Source: a virus. From it: a stretch of 64,000 nt of DNA. The number at the start of each line of letters is the position of its first letter. The first letter of the stretch is position 1. Below, piece after piece: positions 19,082 through 25,133 of the stretch. The position numbers and the translations under genes are program-made. The notes below the pieces were generated by a model that was not told the origin of the DNA, did no database searches, and saw only the letters and a list, made by a program, of their open reading frames with translations. The stretch lies in the IMG/VR virus record IMGVR_UViG_3300027131_000001; one strand, given 5' to 3'.

Positions 19082-19226
19082 ATTTGTTTAGTGTTATCTG
19101 TCTATTTGTCAACAATGTAGCTAGCACTGACAAGCGAATAACAGTTATATCAGACAGTGTCGGTCGCACCCTTACTGTCGAGTAGTCATAGCGTCCCATA
19201 ACATACCTTGATAACACTAAACAAAT
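19082..19226 (-). ncRNA. ~145-nt structured element closed by a perfect 17-bp inverted repeat
   Basis: ATTTGTTTAGTGTTATC (19082-19098) and GATAACACTAAACAAAT (19210-19226), with internal stems. Confidence 0.55.
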
Positions 19227-19300
19227 GGTACTCCGAAGGGGAGTCGAACCCCTCTTTCCGCCTTGAAAGGGCAGCGTCCTAACCGATAGACGACCGGAGC
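19226..19300 (-). tRNA. tRNA-Glu(TTC)
   Basis: Loop CTTTCAA, TTCGA, CCA. Confidence 0.95.
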
Positions 19301-19321
19301 AAGTGATTGATTACTTTTCCC

Positions 19322-19350
19322 ATTATACGCGACCAATCAACGCGAGTCAA
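19322..19350 (-). promoter_or_regulatory. Sigma70-type promoter inside the tRNA array
   Basis: TTGACT-N17-TATAAT. Confidence 0.8.
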
Positions 19351-19579
19351 CTCTATTATGCTTTACTCCTATGTATGTACCAGCAAATGCGCCAAGTACA
19401 GCAGGAATAATCATATAATGATTCTCAGTGTAACTAATTACAGCAACCACATTGAGCAATACAACTATTGATGCCCAAAGACCAGCCTTCACTGCTTTAT
19501 CATTACCTACTGCTTTCAAGTAGTAAGCAAAAACAATATCAACAAAGAACATTGCTGTAAATGTTATAACATAATCCAT
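19337..19579 (-). CDS. Small membrane protein (start revised to MDYVITF)
   Basis: AGGA SD before ATG 19579; three hydrophobic segments; the longer ORF call runs through two tRNAs. Confidence 0.7.
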   Translation of the reverse strand: MDYVITFTAMFFVDIVFAYYLKAVGNDKAVKAGLWASIVVLLNVVAVISYTENHYMIIPAVLGAFAGTYIGVKHNRVDSR

Positions 19580-19590
19580 ACTTATCCTAT

Positions 19591-19665
19591 TGGTGGACCG
19601 TAAGGGACTCGAACCCTTTTCTCCTACGTGCAAGGCAGGAATAATACCCCGTATACTAACAGCCC
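19591..19665 (-). tRNA. tRNA-Ala(TGC)
   Basis: Loop CTTGCAC, G3:U70, CCA. Confidence 0.95.
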
Positions 19666-19671
19666 TATCTT

Positions 19672-19746
19672 TGGTAGCCAATGGTGGTCTCGAACCACCG
19701 ACCCACGCCTTATCAAGACGTTGCTCTACCCCTGAGCTAATTGGCC
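19672..19746 (-). tRNA. tRNA-Ile(GAT)
   Basis: Loop TTGATAA, TTCGA, CCA; 5' end overlaps the stop of the upstream ORF. Confidence 0.94.
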
Positions 19747-20114
19747 AATTCTTCTTTTGATGCATATTCCAAATCTACTGATTCAGAATAGTAACCGTTT
19801 GATTCTCCTAACCAACGAACATCAACATATCCTTTGCGTGTAGCAAATTTGTAGAATGTCCATGTACGAGAATCAATGTATTCATCTTCTTTAGCTTCTG
19901 GTATTTCACCTGATACTTCTTCAGCAATCAAAAGTGGTTCATCTTCTAAATCTGACAACTCGCCTACAATACTTTCAATGTAGACTGATTCGCAACAATC
20001 TTGATAGTGATAAAATCTGAATGTTTCAGTAGCATTCGCAAACACCATCTCACTACCATCTTGTGTCACCGATGTGAACACTTTTCCAACCATATCATTT
20101 ATATTCATTTTCAT
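19737..20114 (-). CDS. Conserved phage protein (H.QDCCE...WTFY...RW.GESNGYYS type)
   Basis: Motif pattern and AGGAG SD. Confidence 0.8.
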   Translation of the reverse strand: MKMNINDMVGKVFTSVTQDGSEMVFANATETFRFYHYQDCCESVYIESIVGELSDLEDEPLLIAEEVSGEIPEAKEDEYIDSRTWTFYKFATRKGYVDVRWLGESNGYYSESVDLEYASKEELAN

Positions 20115-20128
20115 CTCCTAACAACATC

Positions 20129-20203
20129 TGGCGGTGCCAAGGGGTAACGATCCCCTTCTTCGAGCGTGACAGGCTCGTGTGCGTCCATGAACACTTTGGC
20201 ACC
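20129..20203 (-). tRNA. tRNA-Asp(GTC), variant T-loop
   Basis: Loop CTGTCAC, GCCA end; T-loop ATCGTTA. Confidence 0.9.
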
Positions 20204-20204
20204 A

Positions 20205-20514
20205 AATTCGTGCTGATTTTATTGGCGCAGTTAAAATCAGCAAACATTCAGAGACTATTTGTGCTAGTTTAAAGTCTTGCACCGGATATTCCTCCATTAA
20301 GACCTTTTTATTAGAATAGGCTACTTGTTTCCACACAAGCCCCTAATTGAGCAGTTACTCTGTCCATCCATTTTATTCTATATGTCTGTGTGCAGTTAGG
20401 ATTCTGCCTATCAGAGTCTGCAAGGGTAGTTTCCATCCTCACGCTAACGGTCTTCTGCCACCGGATCTCTGTCGCTAATCAAACGCCATTATTAACGAAA
20501 ATGGTAACGGGATC
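20205..20514 (-). ncRNA. ~310-nt non-coding structured region after the tRNA-Tyr-like gene
   Basis: No credible ORF; many hairpins, e.g. TGCTGATTTTA/TAAAATCAGCA and GGC-TTGT..ACAAG.AGCC. Confidence 0.5.
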
Positions 20515-20602
20515 TGGTGGATGATGATGGTAACGCTCCACGAACCTGACTTCCGATCTCTTGAGGTAACGGTTTTACAGACCGCCGACCGGGGCATCAT
20601 CC
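20515..20602 (-). tRNA. Non-canonical tRNA-Tyr(GTA)-like RNA
   Basis: 8-bp acceptor GGATGATG/CATCATCC-ACCA, anticodon arm GCGGT-CTGTAAA-ACCGT, no D-arm, very long variable region. Confidence 0.7.
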
Positions 20603-20620
20603 TTCTTATCTCTTGTCCCC

Positions 20621-20649
20621 ATTATATACAAAGACCAACCAATTGTCAA
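20621..20649 (-). promoter_or_regulatory. Consensus sigma70 promoter upstream of the tRNA-Tyr-like gene
   Basis: TTGACA-N17-TATAAT. Confidence 0.85.
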
Positions 20650-20658
20650 CTAGCTATT

Positions 20659-20732
20659 TGGTGCTCAAGTACAGAATCGAACTGTCGACTAATCCTTACC
20701 ATGGATTCGTTATACCACTTAACTACAAGAGC
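20659..20732 (-). tRNA. tRNA-Thr(GGT)
   Basis: Loop ATGGTAA, TTCGA, CCA. Confidence 0.92.
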
Positions 20733-20734
20733 TT

Positions 20735-20812
20735 TGGTGCCCCCACTCTGATTCGAACAGAGAGAACTACTCCTTTTGAGAGAGTCGACTTTACCAATTT
20801 GTCCATGGGGGC
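20735..20812 (-). tRNA. tRNA-Leu(CAA), short variable arm
   Basis: Loop CTCAAAA, TTCGA, CCA. Confidence 0.92.
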
Positions 20813-20820
20813 ATATTGAA

Positions 20821-21036
20821 TTTGTAAGTAGTTGCCCCTCAATTATAGCAACCATTTATCCGATTAAACAAGTCCGGACGGCATGAGGTACGTCACTTGG
20901 GCTCTGTCCAGTCAGTCACCATTACAGACCCCTGCAGTTTCCCGCAGGGTGGGAGTTGAACCCATTGACCTTTTACTACACAACGCCTTCGAAGAACATT
21001 GACAGTAGCGTGATTTTACTTGCTGACACTTACAAA
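20821..21036 (-). ncRNA. ~215-nt structured RNA, possibly related to the manA RNA motif
   Basis: Closing stem TTTGTAAGT/ACTTACAAA; T-arm-like GGGTTCAACTCCC; CTGCGG-GAAA-CTGCAG; GTTGC..GCAAC. Family match is from recollection only. Confidence 0.55.
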
Positions 21037-21039
21037 ACT

Positions 21040-21113
21040 TGGTCTGAGTGGCAGGAATCGAACCTGCACTACAAGGTTCCAAACCTCGGTGACTACCACT
21101 ATCATACACTCAG
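21040..21113 (-). tRNA. tRNA-Pro(TGG), second copy
   Basis: Loop TTTGGAA, TTCGA, CCA. Confidence 0.92.
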
Positions 21114-21121
21114 AAATACTT

Positions 21122-21197
21122 TGGTGCAACCTAGAGGAATCGAACCTCTTTCACTGGTTCTTCAGACCAGCGCTATGACCACATCAGCTAAGGTTGC
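21122..21197 (-). tRNA. tRNA-Phe(GAA)
   Basis: Loop CTGAAGA, TTCGA, CCA. Confidence 0.94.
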
Positions 21198-21199
21198 AT

Positions 21200-21274
21200 T
21201 GGGGAGAAGTACGGGAATCGAACCCGTGACAGCGGAATCACAACCCGCGGTTTTGCCACTAAACTAACGACTCC
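21200..21274 (-). tRNA. tRNA-His(GTG)
   Basis: Loop TTGTGAT, G-1:C73, CCA. Confidence 0.93.
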
Positions 21275-21279
21275 ATAAA

Positions 21280-21354
21280 TGGCCGGTCCTGATGGAATCA
21301 AACCACCACTTCAACGTTCGTAGCGTTGTGTAATATTCATTTTACTAAGGACCG
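21280..21354 (-). tRNA. tRNA-Arg(ACG)
   Basis: Loop CTACGAA, T-loop TTTGATT, GCCA. Confidence 0.9.
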
Positions 21355-21359
21355 ATATC

Positions 21360-21434
21360 TGGTGGTGATGGTAGGATTCGAGCCTACGATCTACTGCGTA
21401 TGAGACAGCCGCTTTACCACTAAGCTACATCACC
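21360..21434 (-). tRNA. tRNA-Met(CAT) (elongator Met or Ile2)
   Basis: Loop CTCATAC, paired 1:72, CCA. Confidence 0.88.
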
Positions 21435-21512
21435 ATATAGGAACACACTGCATGGACTTTTATTGTAAGCATTTTTATCTTACTTACCAGAAGGCAATAT
21501 GTTCTTATATGG
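21433..21512 (-). repeat. Inter-tRNA long-stem element, copy 1
   Basis: CCATATAAGAACATATTGC...GCAGTGTGTTCCTATATGG; 19-position stem with A-C mismatch at position 8. Confidence 0.75.
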
Positions 21513-21583
21513 TAGGGGCACAGAGAATCGAACTCTGATTAATAGGTTAAAAGCCTACTACTTTACCGTTAAGTTATACCCCC
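21510..21583 (-). tRNA. tRNA-Lys(TTT)
   Basis: Loop CTTTTAA, TTCGA, CCA. Confidence 0.94.
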
Positions 21584-21600
21584 TTATCTTATCGCTCTTG

Positions 21601-21828
21601 TCACTTTCCATTTGGAATCTCCTTGTGTTTTGATCTACCTATCCTACTTGCCTTGTTCCAATCGTAAGCGATCCCGTCAGGACACTTACCATCTTCTACG
21701 CTATCAACTCCGAACTTACCTACAATCGAACAGTCCGGACCTTCTATTGTCACAAACTGATTCAGCATCTTAGCATATTCCATCGCAAATGGCAACGTGC
21801 TAAATTCTTGTTCATTCACTTTATACAT
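21601..21828 (-). CDS. Hypothetical protein
   Basis: 75 aa with AAGGA SD. Confidence 0.7.
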   Translation of the reverse strand: MYKVNEQEFSTLPFAMEYAKMLNQFVTIEGPDCSIVGKFGVDSVEDGKCPDGIAYDWNKASRIGRSKHKEIPNGK

Positions 21829-21841
21829 CTTAATCCTTTAT

Positions 21842-21915
21842 TGGTGCGGGGTAAGAGAATCGAACTCTTGACAAGACGTTGGCAACGTCCTATTTTACCA
21901 TTAAACTAACCACGC
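21842..21915 (-). tRNA. tRNA-Gly(GCC)
   Basis: Loop TTGCCAA, TTCGA, CCA. Confidence 0.93.
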
Positions 21916-21918
21916 ATT

Positions 21919-21992
21919 TGGCCTCGGTAGAGAGAATCGAACTCCCGCAAGCAGATTTGGAGGCTGCCGTACTACCATTATACTACACCGAG
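21919..21992 (-). tRNA. tRNA-Trp(CCA)
   Basis: Loop CTCCAAA, TTCGA, GCCA. Confidence 0.92.
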
Positions 21993-22039
21993 ATAAATAT
22001 ACAACACAATCAACTTTTTTATTAATCCTAAGGACTAAC

Positions 22040-22723
22040 ATGAATGATCAAGTAAAAACAATATGGCTGAAAGAAGAAATCAGCATTGCTGATGATCTAC
22101 TTTCTTATGCACCAAAACTACTAGAAGAATTCTTACAATATCATCCAGACTTTATTGATGGTGACTTTGAAAAAGGAGTAGTTAATACTAGTCCTCTTTA
22201 CGATGTTGGTACATTGACTTCTAATAAAGCCGCTTGGAAAGTTGATGTCGTAAAATATTTACACAAAGATGCCGGTATGGCATTCAACGGTGAAGAAAAT
22301 AATGAAATACAACTAAGATATCCTACAGCTGTCGCCCTTACAAAGAAATACGGAAGCGATTGCGACATCAGTATGTACAGTATTCTTGAATCCAAAAGTC
22401 TAATAAAAAGACACACAGGAATGGAAAATAGAGACGGAAGAACCTTACGTATTCATATTCCCCTTCTTGTTCCCCCTGGTGACATTTTCTTTGAAGTCGA
22501 AGGTGTCGAAGTTGATTGGAGTGACCTATTTGGATTCAACAATCAACATATCCACAGCGCATTCAACCTAACTCCAAAAAGAAGACTCGTATATCTCATC
22601 GACATTACTACAGAAAAATTAGGTATACCAGCTTTGTCTGGTGCTGATTTTGAAAGACAACATTCTATTCCTCTATTCAAAAGAGGAGCACTTCCTAAGC
22701 TGCTACATCCTCACCAACGTTAA
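22040..22723 (+). CDS. Aspartyl/asparaginyl beta-hydroxylase-domain protein
   Basis: YSIL...IKRHTG...LRIHIPL...HSAFN...RRLV..ID; AAGGA SD; only credible plus-strand gene. Confidence 0.8.
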   Translation: MNDQVKTIWLKEEISIADDLLSYAPKLLEEFLQYHPDFIDGDFEKGVVNTSPLYDVGTLTSNKAAWKVDVVKYLHKDAGMAFNGEENNEIQLRYPTAVALTKKYGSDCDISMYSILESKSLIKRHTGMENRDGRTLRIHIPLLVPPGDIFFEVEGVEVDWSDLFGFNNQHIHSAFNLTPKRRLVYLIDITTEKLGIPALSGADFERQHSIPLFKRGALPKLLHPHQR

Positions 22724-22724
22724 C

Positions 22725-22800
22725 TGGAATCTGCGATAGGAATCGAACCTACATATAACGGATTTGCAATCCGCTCCCTAGCCTTTCGGGTCACGCAGAC
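22725..22800 (-). tRNA. tRNA-Cys(GCA)
   Basis: Loop TTGCAAA, U73, CCA. Confidence 0.94.
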
Positions 22801-22808
22801 ATATATTT

Positions 22809-22898
22809 TGGTGGAAGACTAGGGAGTCGAACCCTATGACCAACTTTCATCAGTCTACGGATTAGCAATCCGCTGCATTACCGTCCTGCCCGTCTTCC
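22809..22898 (-). tRNA. tRNA-Ser(GCT)
   Basis: Loop TTGCTAA, long variable arm, TTCGA, CCA. Confidence 0.93.
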
Positions 22899-23686
22899 TA
22901 CTTTATTACTTCTGTGTCAACAACATAATTGTATAACACCTCATCAATCGCATCAGCACGTTTTTGTTTACTTCTTGCTCCGAGTACAACAACAACATAC
23001 TTCTTTTCATCTTTGACTACCACTAATCCAACACACCATCCTGCTGAATTAGTAAATCCTGTCTTGCTAACTATTACGTTATCAAATTCAAACAAGATTG
23101 GCTTATTAGTATTATTAAGAACAATCTTTCTTACTTTCTTCTTAAACTTAGCATCTATTACTATTTGCTTCTGAACACTTGCATCTCTTATTACCCAGTA
23201 ACCAGATGCAATCTCAAACATTGATACTACATCGCTAGCAGTACCGGTATTTTGTTTACTAAGGCCAGTTGGATCTACAAACTTAGCACTCAATTGCATT
23301 TGTGTTGCATGGTCATTCATTGCCTTGATAAACGCTTTCCTACCACCTGGATAGTCATCAGCAAGTGTTTCTGCTGCTGCATTGTCACTTCTTACTAACA
23401 TTGCATTGATAAGATCTAGCCTTGTGTACTTCTGTCTAGGTAAACTACCACCTACTTTTAATGATAACATTAACTGTCTACTCAAATTCTTATCGTGATC
23501 CAAAGTTACCATCGCTGTCATTAACTTAGTAATGCTAGCAATTGGTCTTGTCACATTTATGTTATCATTGTATATGTGCTTGTCGTCTGTAGAATTATAC
23601 AATAGGACACTGGGTCTTTGTGCTGCATAACATATAGAACTAAGCGCAAGTACAATTCCAACAATAATCTTCATCGACATCTCCAA
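22898..23686 (-). CDS. Peptidase S11 D-Ala-D-Ala carboxy/endopeptidase (low-MW PBP-like); start probably MKIIV
   Basis: Signal peptide, SITK (SxxK), SDN, KTG motifs. Confidence 0.9.
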   Translation of the reverse strand: MEMSMKIIVGIVLALSSICYAAQRPSVLLYNSTDDKHIYNDNINVTRPIASITKLMTAMVTLDHDKNLSRQLMLSLKVGGSLPRQKYTRLDLINAMLVRSDNAAAETLADDYPGGRKAFIKAMNDHATQMQLSAKFVDPTGLSKQNTGTASDVVSMFEIASGYWVIRDASVQKQIVIDAKFKKKVRKIVLNNTNKPILFEFDNVIVSKTGFTNSAGWCVGLVVVKDEKKYVVVVLGARSKQKRADAIDEVLYNYVVDTEVIK

Positions 23687-23697
23687 AGTGATCTTAC

Positions 23698-23726
23698 ATT
23701 ATAGTAGATCCAAATTGGACTGTCAA
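23698..23726 (-). promoter_or_regulatory. Consensus sigma70 promoter
   Basis: TTGACA-N17-TATAAT. Confidence 0.85.
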
Positions 23727-23736
23727 CATTGATGAT

Positions 23737-23913
23737 TCACGGATCAGTAACCTCATTACTATCCTGCCCATTCTCCAATTCTTCAATCTTATTTGCAGCC
23801 TCTTCTAATAGGTCCGCAATCCGATCAGGTTTATTTTCCTGAACAGACTTTCTATCTTTTATTTGCCTGCGTATTTCAGCACGCTTGCGTAAACGGTATA
23901 CCAGACTTTCCAT
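23737..23913 (-). CDS. 58-aa hypothetical protein MESLVYRLRKRAEIRRQI...PDRIADLLEEAA (not in ORF track)
   Basis: AAGGAG SD, ATG...TGA. Confidence 0.75.
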   Translation of the reverse strand: MESLVYRLRKRAEIRRQIKDRKSVQENKPDRIADLLEEAANKIEELENGQDSNEVTDP

Positions 23914-23928
23914 AATAACTCCTTATGT

Positions 23929-24017
23929 TGGCGGGGGGATGGTAGAATCGAACTCCAACCTCGTTAAAAGTCCATCTGTTTTCAAGACAGCGCAGGGCCC
24001 AGCCCCGATAACCCCCC
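23929..24017 (-). tRNA. Atypical tRNA-Ser(TGA) with a Sec-like 6-bp D-stem
   Basis: Loop CTTGAAA, D-arm CGGGGC-TGG-GCCCTG, long variable arm, G73-CCA. Confidence 0.8.
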
Positions 24018-24086
24018 ATATAGAAACACATTCATACCCACCAGAGAATTTTATTCATACCCAGTAGAGAATGTGTTTTTATATGG
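24016..24086 (-). repeat. Inter-tRNA long-stem element, copy 2
   Basis: CCATATAAAAACACATTC...GAATGTGTTTCTATATGG; 18-position stem with A-C mismatch at position 8. Confidence 0.75.
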
Positions 24087-24157
24087 CTGGGGTACCTTGA
24101 ATCGAACAAGGACCTACGGATTCAAAGTCCGCAGCACTACCACTATGCTATACCCCA
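24084..24157 (-). tRNA. tRNA-Gln(TTG)
   Basis: Loop CTTTGAA, U1:A72, GCCA. Confidence 0.95.
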
Positions 24158-24209
24158 ATAAAAACCAGTAAATTATTAATGAACTACTTCTAGTCAGTAA
24201 AGACCAACT

Positions 24210-24242
24210 AAAAAAAACCCCAGTTTGTTTAGGACTGGGGTT
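24210..24242 (-). terminator. Intrinsic terminator (attenuator) at the head of the tRNA array
   Basis: AACCCCAGT-CCTAAACAA-ACTGGGG-T8. Confidence 0.85.
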
Positions 24243-24268
24243 ATAGAATACAAGTACACTATGAACCC

Positions 24269-24355
24269 CTATACGTCATTACTCCATGACGCAAAGCGAT
24301 ACCCAACCTCAATAGAGGCCTTGGGCGTCGACGGTGATAGATGGATACTCTGCAT
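24269..24355 (-). CDS. 28-aa leader peptide MQSIHLSPSTPKASIEVGYRFASWSNDV (candidate attenuator leader)
   Basis: AAGGA SD; 19 of 20 amino acids; stop TAG overlaps the GGGGTT antiterminator arm. Confidence 0.7.
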   Translation of the reverse strand: MQSIHLSPSTPKASIEVGYRFASWSNDV

Positions 24356-24382
24356 TCTTTTATTCCTTACAAAACAGATTGT

Positions 24383-24411
24383 ACTTTACTTTATTTATAA
24401 CGACAGGTCAA
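24383..24411 (-). promoter_or_regulatory. Promoter(s) of the leader: late TATAAATA plus a possible sigma70 site
   Basis: TATAAATA at 24392-24399; TTGACC-N17-TAAAGT. Confidence 0.65.
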
Positions 24412-24544
24412 CAGTTTCAAGAACTTTTTTGACTTTTTTTCTGTCGTATGCAATTTTAGATTCAACAACACGCAGTCTGTACTTAGGAGTCCGAAGATCC
24501 TTAGCTACTGCGTTTGCTTTTCTACGACTTTTTACCTTCTGCAT
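24395..24544 (-). CDS. 49-aa basic protein with ArfA-like features (start MQKVK)
   Basis: NAVAKDLRTPKYRLRVVESKIAYDRKK. Confidence 0.6.
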   Translation of the reverse strand: MQKVKSRRKANAVAKDLRTPKYRLRVVESKIAYDRKKVKKVLETVDLSL

Positions 24545-25088
24545 TTTCTTTCTTAATTGATTGATCCAGCTCATCGAACTTGTCATCACGTTCACGAGAG
24601 CCCTTACGTGTATTATCTACCAAACGACGACTTTGGTCAACGTTCAACTTTAGCATCACATAAGCACGGAATCCGTCATCTTCTTTTACTACTAGCAATT
24701 TATCTCTAGTATACATTGAAAGAGATTGATTCGTTACCAACTTTGATACACGTTCCACTTCTCGTTCTACATCTTTCATCTTACCAGCACCCTCTTCAGT
24801 AACGCTTTCACGTACCATAGACTGTACTCTAATATTTATTCTGTTGGCCAACTCAACACGAGCATTCATTGTAGCCTTGTCAATAGCAAACTGCATCTCA
24901 CGCGATGTGTCAGTTGCTGTGACAATAATATCCTTACCATCAGGAGCAGGACCAGTGACAAACCATTCTGGAATGGTCGTAGAGGTAGCGCTTCTAGGAG
25001 CTTCCTTGATCTCTGTCATCTTATTAGGATTGCTTGCACATCCTACTACAGCCAATGCAATAGCTGTCATCGCAAAATACTTCTTCAT
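24522..25088 (-). CDS. Lipoprotein (start MKKYF)
   Basis: Lipobox AVVGC followed by P.WF; LPP20-like pattern. Confidence 0.75.
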   Translation of the reverse strand: MKKYFAMTAIALAVVGCASNPNKMTEIKEAPRSATSTTIPEWFVTGPAPDGKDIIVTATDTSREMQFAIDKATMNARVELANRINIRVQSMVRESVTEEGAGKMKDVEREVERVSKLVTNQSLSMYTRDKLLVVKEDDGFRAYVMLKLNVDQSRRLVDNTRKGSRERDDKFDELDQSIKKENAEGKKS

Positions 25089-25100
25089 AATATAACTTTC

Positions 25101-25133
25101 AAAAAAAAGAGGTTGTAAACTAATCACAACCTC
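25101..25133 (-). terminator. Intrinsic terminator overlapping a promoter start region
   Basis: GAGGTTGT-GATTAGTTT-ACAACCTC followed by T8. Confidence 0.75.

Noticed and set aside
20245-20305. Twister or HDV-like (theta) ribozyme in tRNA spacers
   Set aside because: Only partial motif resemblance; the required pseudoknots could not be built by eye.
23929-24017. Opal suppressor or tRNA-Sec
   Set aside because: The anticodon on the coding strand is UGA (Ser). The 'ttcaa' seen on the plus strand is its complement.
14950-24067. ORF-track calls overlapping tRNAs (e.g. 14950, 17660, 17904, 20118, 20521, 20646, 20912, 20956, 23885)
   Set aside because: Chance frames across tRNA or ncRNA genes, with no SD or recognisable protein motifs.
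24225-24560. 111-aa plus-strand ORF across the leader
   Set aside because: Weak start, antisense to SD-led minus-strand ORFs and regulatory signals.
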